Part shown: positions 8,309-16,070 of the stretch, in pieces
Position numbering within the stretch: the first letter of the stretch is position 1
Layout: every line of letters begins with the position of its first letter
Sequence record: NC_055895.1
Origin: an uncultured phage cr7_1
Direction: 5' to 3' (one strand)
DNA: 40,000 nt
The notes under the pieces: model-generated
What the model saw: only the letters and a program-made list of their open reading frames with translations
Databases searched by the model: none
What the model was told of the DNA's origin: nothing
Position numbers and translations under genes: made by a program

Positions 8309-8494
8309 ATGAAAGCAATAATTAAAAATGGAATTGCAAACAAAGATATTCAATCTTGTTTAATATCAGAATGTGGTGTTGAAATAACATTTCACAATAA
8401 TGACTTAGCAGATAAATTTGCTTTGTCATTGAACCTATCTGGTATTCCATGTGTAAACAATGGGAACAAAATAACTATATCTTACATTGATTAG
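8309..8494 (+). CDS. hypothetical protein (61 aa)
   Basis: ORF MKAIIKNGIANKDIQSCLISECGVEITFHNND... Confidence 0.6.
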   Translation: MKAIIKNGIANKDIQSCLISECGVEITFHNNDLADKFALSLNLSGIPCVNNGNKITISYID

Positions 8495-8652
8495 CTGAGT
8501 GTAAGCAGCGCGTCTTACATAGCTGAGCACAAGCAGCAAGTCTTGTGTATTAGACTTGGAGAGACAGCTAGCAACCTGGAAAGACAGGTAATTTATAATA
8601 TGCTCATTTATAATAGGTGAACGATTGCCAAGTGTGGCAACATTGGCATGAT

Positions 8653-8684
8653 ACATATCATTGTCTGTGAAGATAGTGATATGT
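8653..8684 (+). ncRNA. hairpin family A, copy 1
   Basis: ACATATCA-TTGTCTGTGAAGATAG-TGATATGT. Confidence 0.85.
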
Positions 8685-8774
8685 TTATTTAAGATAAAAG
8701 ACATTAAGACTCCATATACATTGATTGCACAATTGAGGTTCTTGCCAAGAGTGGTAAATAGTAGATTTGTTTCG

Positions 8775-8804
8775 TGTACCATGGTCTGTGAAGATAGTGG
8801 TACA
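8775..8804 (+). ncRNA. hairpin family A, copy 2
   Basis: TGTACCA-TGGTCTGTGAAGATAG-TGGTACA. Confidence 0.85.
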
Positions 8805-8841
8805 TTTTTAATTTAAACTCAGCTAGGGAGAGTCTAACATA

Positions 8842-8896
8842 ATCACTGATGAGACCTAGACGAAACTACACATGTTGCATCATACTGTAGTCTGAT
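8842..8896 (+). ncRNA. hammerhead-ribozyme-like motif
   Basis: ATCA-CTGATGA-G..C-GAAA-CTACA...TGTAG-T-C-TGAT. Conserved core, stem III and a short stem I are present; stem II is poor. Confidence 0.35.
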
Positions 8897-8924
8897 ATTC
8901 ATTATTCATAAGCATTTTATCCCC

Positions 8925-8958
8925 TAAATACAATGGTCTGTGAAGATAGTTGTATTTA
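8925..8958 (+). ncRNA. hairpin family A, copy 3
   Basis: TAAATACAA-TGGTCTGTGAAGATAG-TTGTATTTA. Confidence 0.85.
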
Positions 8959-9456
8959 ACAGTTATCTCATGCGGTATATAAACCAGGATGACGGAGCAC
9001 CTACGCTAACGTGATAAATCGTAGGTAGTAATGTGGCGTTCATGGTCCCAAGCCCATGACTACAACACGTGCTTATGGTACTTGCAAAGCTATAAGATGT
9101 CGGTTATAGGACACAGAGGGTGAAATAGTAGTATTACATGTATGCTGAGAGCTAAGGTAGTCAGCCTACTTGCAAGGGGTACAAAAGTGGTTTTAGTTCT
9201 CTAGGACAATCCGGAAAGACGGATAGTGGTTATTATACACTTACTGAAGTAAGAGGGTATACTATGTACGAATTCATTATATGGGTATCGTACTTGGCTA
9301 TAAAAGCGCACACATAGCGACGGTTCGAGTCCAGTAGCCACTACACCTTTATTAAATCATTTTTTAGTTATCAACAGGTTTTATTTCCATGCAGGTATAT
9401 CGGTTCGTGAGGATAGATATACCATTTTTATAGATTAAATCAAAATATATATAGAT

Positions 9457-9747
9457 ATGGAAGATAAGAAACATTCTTTTATGGACCAATTGAATCTGTT
9501 CTTTATTGGAGCGGTTATTGGTGTCATTGTTGGTGCCTGCTTTGGTATTAATGCTGTAAAAGGTAGCAATAACAGAGCAGAGAAAAAAGTAAAAGCGTAC
9601 GAAGAGTATTATAAATGCACTGAGACGCTTTTAGACTCTCTCGATGGAACACATAATCTTGACCTCATGGATACAGATCTTGAGACAGATTATGGTGCTG
9701 ATTATTTGGAAGCTAAGTCTAAAGTAGATGAACTAATTGTAAAGTAG
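9457..9747 (+). CDS. small membrane protein (96 aa)
   Basis: MEDKKHSFMDQLNLFFIGAVIGVIVGACFGINAV; TM segment. Ends TAG with backup TGA three codons on. Confidence 0.75.
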   Translation: MEDKKHSFMDQLNLFFIGAVIGVIVGACFGINAVKGSNNRAEKKVKAYEEYYKCTETLLDSLDGTHNLDLMDTDLETDYGADYLEAKSKVDELIVK

Positions 9748-9980
9748 TATGAATGAATTCGACAAAGAAGAACATACGGAAGATATAACGAACTACCAAT
9801 AAATTTATATCTAAAACCAATTTAAAACATAAGGGTTGAGTTGCATCAACCCTAAGTGTTTAATGTAGCCAGCGTAAGCTGAGAGTCCAAAGCCTCTACA
9901 AATACAGATGGAACACTTTTTATACCGAGTGTAAGCGGTAAGTCTTACACAAAAATAAACAATGTTTAATTATCAAAATT

Positions 9981-10397
9981 ATGAACATTATCGAAAAATT
10001 GTTGGGTGAAGCATACCCAAAGCTTGGGTCAGAAGTTTTTGCTGACGGTAACAAAACAGTCGTAACAGTATCTCGTACACTGTCTCCAGATCATGTTGAT
10101 TTGGATGCTCCTAGTTACGTGGAGACTAAGTTCAAGAAACACATTCCAATCTTGAGATCTATTGACGTTGAACTGGACGCCGTAACAGAAGAACAGACCA
10201 TTAAGGTGACAGTTGAAGTTGATGGTAAATTCAACAGCATTGATGACTTGAGGCATCTTACATTTATCGCTAGAGGAATTAGCGAAGTCGCAGAAGACAA
10301 GCTCAGTGAGCCTAATATAATTAAGGCCATTGGTCTGTATTGTAAACCATTCATTTGCACAGATGATGAATCAGAAGAAACACAAGCAAACGCATAA
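9981..10397 (+). CDS. hypothetical protein (138 aa)
   Basis: Full ORF MNIIEKLLGEAYPKLGSEVFADGNK... Confidence 0.8.
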   Translation: MNIIEKLLGEAYPKLGSEVFADGNKTVVTVSRTLSPDHVDLDAPSYVETKFKKHIPILRSIDVELDAVTEEQTIKVTVEVDGKFNSIDDLRHLTFIARGISEVAEDKLSEPNIIKAIGLYCKPFICTDDESEETQANA

Positions 10398-10620
10398 CCA
10401 AGCGGTTAAGCCACAGTCAGCAAAAGGGAAGCCTGATGCTGAATACCTTAACTACAAGGTAGTTGCTAAGGAGGGAGGATCTACAATGATCCTCTCTTCT
10501 GGATTAAGTAAATGTAATGCCAAATCTTTGGAAAATACTTTGAATAGTTATATTAACAACAAACATTCAAATATTCCGGGAGCTGGCAAGACAAGTGTTA
10601 AATTCATAACGATTCATTAA
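10330..10620 (+). CDS. hypothetical protein (96 aa)
   Basis: ORF; overlaps the previous gene, so the true start may be internal. Confidence 0.55.
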   Translation: MVCIVNHSFAQMMNQKKHKQTHNQAVKPQSAKGKPDAEYLNYKVVAKEGGSTMILSSGLSKCNAKSLENTLNSYINNKHSNIPGAGKTSVKFITIH

Positions 10621-11000
10621 TGAGTGTAAAATTATACGAGAAGCCAGATAAACATAATCCTGGCCCACTGATAGCGATAGTCATAATAATAATGTTATTG
10701 TTATTGACTTCAAAGTGTCAAGCGCAGCAAAAAGCTGCAATAGACACAATGGTTTGCAAGGTTGAATGTATTAAACAAATAGTACAGAAACCTAGTGTTA
10801 ACGGTAAAACCGTTAAGTATCTAGCTGTATATGTTGATAAGTCAGCAGGATTCTCAGAGATTATTCCAATCTCAAAGAGTGTTGTAGACTATATTAGCAC
10901 ATGCAAGCAATTCTCTCTCAAGCCTACACTTGGCATTAGGTTAAGAAATGGTGTAATAACATCTATCGTTCGATACAAAATCAAATTTGTACACAAATGA
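10620..11000 (+). CDS. hypothetical membrane-anchored protein (126 aa)
   Basis: N-terminal TM PGPLIAIVIIIMLLLLTSKCQ. Confidence 0.75.
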   Translation: MSVKLYEKPDKHNPGPLIAIVIIIMLLLLTSKCQAQQKAAIDTMVCKVECIKQIVQKPSVNGKTVKYLAVYVDKSAGFSEIIPISKSVVDYISTCKQFSLKPTLGIRLRNGVITSIVRYKIKFVHK

Positions 11001-11455
11001 AGTTTAGTAAAGGAGACGTAGTACGCCGAGTATTGCCTAGTGGCACAATGGTAGGTGGTTTAATGGTCGTAATCAATAACATCGGCGACAAATGCACAGT
11101 TGTTAGAGATGTATCAACTGGAAAATACTATATATATAGGTCAGAACATCTAGGAAAGGAAGGAAAAACAACAAAGATTTTGGTTAGTAAAAGTGATATG
11201 AATAAAATCGACACAACGAAAGGTGTTGGTGCATTCTATCATAGCGTATCACCTGTATATGATAAGCTATATGCTAATCCATCAAGATTTGTATGTTTTA
11301 TACTAGCTTACACCAAGGGTGAGACCATACATAGAGTATATCAACTTGGAAAAATATCTAGAGTATTACGAAAAGTTGATGAAATTCGTAAAGGATACGA
11401 AATGGTTCCAGTTAAACAACCAATGTACAAGCTTCAATTAATAGGTGAACTATGA
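10997..11455 (+). CDS. hypothetical protein (152 aa)
   Basis: ATGA overlap; MKFSKGDVVRRVLPSGTMVGGLMVVINNIGDKCTVV... Confidence 0.75.
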   Translation: MKFSKGDVVRRVLPSGTMVGGLMVVINNIGDKCTVVRDVSTGKYYIYRSEHLGKEGKTTKILVSKSDMNKIDTTKGVGAFYHSVSPVYDKLYANPSRFVCFILAYTKGETIHRVYQLGKISRVLRKVDEIRKGYEMVPVKQPMYKLQLIGEL

Positions 11456-11643
11456 GTAAAAAACTTAGTCCTGGCAGAATCTACAAAATAAATGGCATTG
11501 TTGTTAGGGCTAAACGTCAATACAATTGCAATGAGTGTATCTTTAACAATCCTTTCTCTTGTCCAAAAGTAAACGATTCAAAAGATTTGAACGAAGAATC
11601 ACCATCATGCATTGAAGACGGAATAATTTTTATTAGTCCTTAA
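11452..11643 (+). CDS. hypothetical Cys-containing protein (63 aa)
   Basis: ATGA overlap; RQYNCNECIFNNPFSCPKV... Confidence 0.65.
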   Translation: MSKKLSPGRIYKINGIVVRAKRQYNCNECIFNNPFSCPKVNDSKDLNEESPSCIEDGIIFISP

Positions 11644-11645
11644 TT

Positions 11646-11918
11646 ATGGCAAAACGTAGAAAAAACGGACAAATGTCTGACGAAGAATTAGAAGTTAGAC
11701 GCCATCACTCATCATTGCGTAGACTTAAAGCGCATTGTAGTGATGAAAACGTAGAGTTAAAAGATTATAAATTTGCAAATCCTGATGATATGTGTGTATT
11801 ATCATTAAGTGATGTAGATTTGGGATCAAGAAAGAGTTATTTAACAACAGATAACGATTCATGGTTTGTCAGTGAAGATGACTATGAAGAGGTATCACAA
11901 ATAGCATTATACCTATGA
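11646..11918 (+). CDS. hypothetical protein (90 aa)
   Basis: Full ORF MAKRRKNGQMSDEELEVRRHHSSLRRLK... Confidence 0.65.
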   Translation: MAKRRKNGQMSDEELEVRRHHSSLRRLKAHCSDENVELKDYKFANPDDMCVLSLSDVDLGSRKSYLTTDNDSWFVSEDDYEEVSQIALYL

Positions 11919-12118
11919 GAAAAGAATATGGAGAGCTATTTGTATCAATAGCATTAATAATTATTTCGGCATTCCCTCTTTTTGACTTATTGTCAAACAT
12001 AACGAATATAACTAACATAAGCGATTTTTCGTTGATAGTAGTAATTGTTATGTTGATAATAGTTTTGATCTCCAGTATTATATATTTTATATCATATTGG
12101 ACGGAAAAATTTAATTAA
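11915..12118 (+). CDS. small membrane protein (67 aa)
   Basis: Two hydrophobic segments. Confidence 0.65.
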   Translation: MRKEYGELFVSIALIIISAFPLFDLLSNITNITNISDFSLIVVIVMLIIVLISSIIYFISYWTEKFN

Positions 12119-12130
12119 GTTGCATTTCAA

Positions 12131-12152
12131 GGGGGCGGTTTATACCGTCCCC
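12131..12152 (+). terminator. strong GC hairpin, possible terminator
   Basis: GGGGGCGG-TTTATA-CCGTCCCC. Confidence 0.7.
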
Positions 12153-12352
12153 GAGATTTATTAGGTTAGAGGCCTACATAACAGTTCAAGTCTGTATAAA
12201 ATTACAAATGGGTACCAAACAACTCCCTACAACTCTATTAAATAGCGTAATTACTTTAAAATTAATCATTTGAGTTAGAAAGAAAAAAGAACGTTAGATA
12301 GTAGGAGACAATGGAATGGTTTAAATATAACCAGTGAAAATTGCCCATATTT

Positions 12353-12426
12353 GGACTTGTAGCTCAGTTGGTTAGAGCAACAGACTCATAATCTGGAGGT
12401 CCTAGGTTCAAGCCCTAGCTGGTCCA
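12353..12426 (+). tRNA. tRNA with CAT anticodon (Met or Ile2)
   Basis: GGACTTG TA GCTC AGTTGGTTA GAGC A ACAGA CTCATAA TCTGG AGGTC CTAGG TTCAAGC CCTAG CTGGTCC A; complete cloverleaf with one acceptor mismatch. Confidence 0.95.
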
Positions 12427-12497
12427 CAAAAGATGATTCCGTGAATCTTTAAAACCCGGATAGTTAACATTTGTTGAATCTCTAATAAATTATCAAA

Positions 12498-12989
12498 ATG
12501 AAGAGATTATTCGAAAAGCTTAGCATGTGCTTAATCATGCTTATTGTAGCCGTCACAGTATCGTCATGTGACTACATGAAAAAAACTAAGAGTGAGATCA
12601 GACACGATGACTCGCTCATGGTATCAAAGATGATGCAGGATATTGACAATCCTACATTCACCGGCTGTTCTGACGTTATAGAGTTTCAGAGATCGGAAGG
12701 TCAATGGAGACATCAGGACTCAGTGTTCTTCAGCATACCTGAAAAGGTTATGCGTGATGTGGTATCGGTCTTAGAAAAATCTGGAAAACCATTGACTAAG
12801 ATGAGTATATCGAACGAGTTCGAGATGAACAAGCATGTATATTTGAATCTTCCTGATGAACAGGATCAATACAATGCGATTGCTCCTCCTGATACCCCTA
12901 ACGTAGAAATGGTTGATACTATTATCGACGGTAAGCATGTACAGATCGTGCAGTCCTCCAGTACTAACATAACAACAAAGGAGGATTAG
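12498..12989 (+). CDS. putative lipoprotein (163 aa)
   Basis: Signal peptide and lipobox MKRLFEKLSMCLIMLIVAVTVSSC. Ends TAG with backup TGA. Confidence 0.8.
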   Translation: MKRLFEKLSMCLIMLIVAVTVSSCDYMKKTKSEIRHDDSLMVSKMMQDIDNPTFTGCSDVIEFQRSEGQWRHQDSVFFSIPEKVMRDVVSVLEKSGKPLTKMSISNEFEMNKHVYLNLPDEQDQYNAIAPPDTPNVEMVDTIIDGKHVQIVQSSSTNITTKED

Positions 12990-12991
12990 AT

Positions 12992-13411
12992 ATGAAGCGG
13001 TACATTATTATCTCTTACGATGGTTCTAGTTTGGATCCATCTGAAGTTATGGCAATAGCTTCACAACTGAACACAGTTAAACCTGATGTTAAGGATGTGC
13101 ATGCAGTTACAATGGATGAAACGGAAGTTAATTCCATTATTATCGGTCACGCAGAAGCCAAGAATGCTACAGAACTTTCTGTTGTAGAGTCTGCGTGCAT
13201 CTACGTGAAAAAAAGATTTAGTAAGTTTTTCTACTCCAAGATGAAGCTGTTGCTTGCATTGTCAGAGGCTATAACTAATGAGCCTAACAATGAAGCTCTT
13301 ATGAATGCCATCAGAGTTATGTCTGGTGGTATAAGTAAGAGAATGCGTGATTCTTACGGTATTTCTACCGATATTATTTGTGTATTTAAAACGGTTCAAG
13401 ATAACATGTAA
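12992..13411 (+). CDS. hypothetical protein (139 aa)
   Basis: Full ORF MKRYIIISYDGSSLDPSEVMAIASQLN... Confidence 0.75.
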   Translation: MKRYIIISYDGSSLDPSEVMAIASQLNTVKPDVKDVHAVTMDETEVNSIIIGHAEAKNATELSVVESACIYVKKRFSKFFYSKMKLLLALSEAITNEPNNEALMNAIRVMSGGISKRMRDSYGISTDIICVFKTVQDNM

Positions 13412-13525
13412 CTATGTATAAAACACAACGTAATACTAAGAAAGTGTATCGTCAGCGTCACGCAGAAGCCAAAACAAAGGCATATAAGCGTGACAAGTTT
13501 AAAAACAAGCTAAATCCTTTAGATT

Positions 13526-13759
13526 ATGTGGAAGATTCCAGTATATACGACAAAAGCTAAGGGAAAGGGTAAGAATACAAAAACATTGGTATTCGAATCC
13601 AAGTACCCTAGTGAGAATCAAGCTATAGATGCTAGATTCGCACTTATTCATTTGGCTAACTGCTCTCACAAAGCTCCATGCGATATCACCATTAATAATA
13701 ATGGCGCAATATTCGTTAAAAATCCATCCTGGAGTGTGGGAGAAGTAACAATATGTTAA
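13526..13759 (+). CDS. hypothetical protein (77 aa)
   Basis: Full ORF MWKIPVYTTKAKGKGKNTKTLV... Confidence 0.6.
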   Translation: MWKIPVYTTKAKGKGKNTKTLVFESKYPSENQAIDARFALIHLANCSHKAPCDITINNNGAIFVKNPSWSVGEVTIC

Positions 13760-13795
13760 TTAATTTTATTTACAAACATTTAAAACATTATCAAA

Positions 13796-14290
13796 ATGGC
13801 AAAAGCAGAAACAAAAGGTGCTGCTAAAGAGCAGCAGAATGTGTCAGCAGACAACGTAGTAGAGAAGTTGATGAAGGGCAACCTCGTGACCGACATCGCA
13901 GACAAGGCGGCAGAAGAAATCCGCCAGGACGAGGAGAAGCGCAAGATCTCCCAGGTCAAAGAAATTGTCAAGTGTGCTGACTTCCTTAGAATTAAGGAAC
14001 TTCTCAATGTCCGCAAGGACCGTGCGAAGGCAAAGATCACTCTCGACACTCTGAAGAAGCGTACAGAATTGTTGGCCCGTCTTCTGGGCAAGGACGAGAA
14101 TGGTACCGCCGTTCCTAACGACCAGAAGATTACGCCAAACGAATTCCGCGAACTTTCGCAGAAGATCGATGAGGATCAGCGTAAGCAAATGACTGAACTG
14201 AACAAAGAGTACGAAAAGCACGACCGTGAATTGCGTGACAAGTACCCTAACAATTGGTATTATGCCAACTATCAGTTCGATCGCTTCTAA
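13796..14290 (+). CDS. hypothetical coiled-coil protein (164 aa)
   Basis: Full ORF; the antisense ORFs 13780-14091 and 13844-14221 look spurious. Confidence 0.85.
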   Translation: MAKAETKGAAKEQQNVSADNVVEKLMKGNLVTDIADKAAEEIRQDEEKRKISQVKEIVKCADFLRIKELLNVRKDRAKAKITLDTLKKRTELLARLLGKDENGTAVPNDQKITPNEFRELSQKIDEDQRKQMTELNKEYEKHDRELRDKYPNNWYYANYQFDRF

Positions 14291-14294
14291 TTCT

Positions 14295-15081
14295 TCTTCT
14301 AATACAAGTATCTTAGTATCACGTACATAGATTCTGAAGCACTGTAGAGGATCTTAAGAAGACGAGGCAGCGAAGGAATCTCAGAATGAATTAACATTCT
14401 CATCAAGTATCTTCGTATCACGATGAGAGGAAGAGATGTGACCCCACACAGTAAATTGGGACAGTAGATCAAACAATATGTTTTGTGCGTATCTTTGTAT
14501 CGGGGAGATTTGATTGCTCTGAAAAGTTAATTGAACCCTGCAAAATGTATCAAAAATGCTGAATATAACCCTCTAAGTATCTTTGTATCATGAGGATTAC
14601 TATATATTTTTAGCCATGTTTTAAGCGCTCTGAGGCAGAGTATGTCACCAAGTGGAGTAATTAACCACGAGTGCCGCAAAAATGTCTTAGAGCGCACCTA
14701 AAACAGCTTAAATCGAATGTTCTGACTGATCATCGGAACATTTACAAGAAATGTACAATGTGTATGAAATAATCTGTCTGGACAGGGGTTCGACTCCCCT
14801 CACGTCCACTGGGCATCCTCTACGCTATTGTGTAGATTCCATTTGAACAACCTAGGCATGTTGTAAAACTGCCTACACGGGCGTGTTTGGTTTTGACAGA
14901 CAGAGGAGATAAATACATTAAGCACTATACTATAAATTAAACGACAATGTAAATAACATTGTAGACTATACTAACGTAGCGTAAGTTTAGTCTAGGTGTT
15001 TCCTACCAAAGTGGAGAGAAGAAGAAGTTGGTTCTTTGGGCTACACACCCGAGGATTAGGGTTCGACTCCCTAGCTTCTTC
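14295..15081 (+). ncRNA. candidate structured non-coding RNA locus/loci
   Basis: Four GTATC-TTN-GTATC motifs, several perfect inverted repeats and two T-loop tRNA-like hairpins; no plausible ORF. Confidence 0.55.
15022..15081 (+). tRNA. short tRNA-like element lacking a D-arm
   Basis: AAGAAGT-TGGTTCT-TTGGG-CTACACA-CCCGA-GGAT-TAGGG-TTCGACT-CCCTA-GCTTCTT-C; acceptor 7 bp, anticodon-like stem 5 bp (one G-U), T-arm 5 bp, no room for a D-arm. Confidence 0.5.
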
Positions 15082-15090
15082 CTATTAGTT

Positions 15091-15612
15091 ATGACAAAGG
15101 GATATAAAGCGATGATAAAGGACAGGTGTCCTCATGTCGTCAACCTCGCATTTAAATGGTGTACAGAATTTGGCAGATTATCTAATATAGGTAAGAAGCC
15201 ACATGAAAGAATTAAGTATGCTGTAAAAACGCGATGGATAGACCGTGTATACCAAGAAAATGTAGCAATCTATAACACTGGAAGAGGAATACCTCGAACA
15301 GATGAAAAGGATGCATCATTAAGAAAAGCTCTTGGAATACATGAGGGGTCGCAAAATTTTAATTTTGCAGACTCTATAAATTTGGATGGCATCAACAAAG
15401 TATTCAACTCTGGAGAACGAGCATTTTGGATCTGGGTTAATAGCTGGGTAGTATGGTTTCAAGAGAACTATAAGTACCTAGAAAACTATTATAACATATC
15501 ATGTAAGTGTGGCAATATGGCTTTATTTGATAAAGCATTGTCAGAAAAAGCTAGTTTTCTAGATGAGTATTTTGAAGATTTCTCTAAGTTTATTAAGAAA
15601 ACATTTAATTAA
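15091..15612 (+). CDS. hypothetical protein (173 aa)
   Basis: MTKGYKAMIKDRCPHVVNLAFKWC... The predicted 15028 start overlaps the tRNA-like element and is unlikely. Confidence 0.8.
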   Translation: MTKGYKAMIKDRCPHVVNLAFKWCTEFGRLSNIGKKPHERIKYAVKTRWIDRVYQENVAIYNTGRGIPRTDEKDASLRKALGIHEGSQNFNFADSINLDGINKVFNSGERAFWIWVNSWVVWFQENYKYLENYYNISCKCGNMALFDKALSEKASFLDEYFEDFSKFIKKTFN

Positions 15613-15624
15613 ACAAAATAAAAA

Positions 15625-16041
15625 ATGGAGTATTTCCCTAAAATGCTAATTTACAGAGCTAGTCTGTTAGGCTGCAAAGAAGAATGTATAGAAAATGTGA
15701 TTAACTGGTTTCATAACCGCCTTAAAAAGGGCTTTACTTATGAAGCGCACATATTCTGTGCAGGAGACAGCCTAGACGAAGATTGTATATACGAATACTG
15801 TTGTAATGAGCAGTTACGTAGAGTTGGTGATTGGATTATGAAAACGATAGTCCTAAATAACCCTATGAAGTTCAAAACACTTACGACTCGTATGCGTATT
15901 GGTTCAGGACTACTTGAAAAAGTAGAAATGAAAACGGGAGGAAAGGATTTGAAAATAATCCTTTTTAACAATTTCGTCAACAACGTTTGGTCGCTATACC
16001 GTCAGAAGATGGTGTACGATCTTCCGTTTTATCAGGAGTAG
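15625..16041 (+). CDS. hypothetical protein (138 aa)
   Basis: Full ORF MEYFPKMLIYRASLLGCKEECIEN... Confidence 0.8.
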   Translation: MEYFPKMLIYRASLLGCKEECIENVINWFHNRLKKGFTYEAHIFCAGDSLDEDCIYEYCCNEQLRRVGDWIMKTIVLNNPMKFKTLTTRMRIGSGLLEKVEMKTGGKDLKIILFNNFVNNVWSLYRQKMVYDLPFYQE

Positions 16042-16070
16042 GGTGAGAGAAATCTCCCCTACCCCACAAT

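Larger units (their letters stand above)
8495..9350 (+). ncRNA. candidate structured non-coding RNA locus
   Basis: About 850 nt without convincing ORFs but with many perfect hairpins (see findings). Ends in a tRNA-like TTCGAGT element. Confidence 0.6.

Noticed and set aside
14440-14810. Possible tmRNA
   Set aside because: There is a T-arm and weak long-range pairing, but no recognisable 5' tRNA-like half or peptide-tag ORF. Kept only as an unclassified structured locus.
15028-15090. N-terminal extension MVLWATHPRIRVRLPSFFLLV of the 15028-15612 ORF
   Set aside because: It overlaps the tRNA-like element 15022-15081 and has the composition of a spurious tRNA read-through ORF. The internal ATG at 15091 is a better start.
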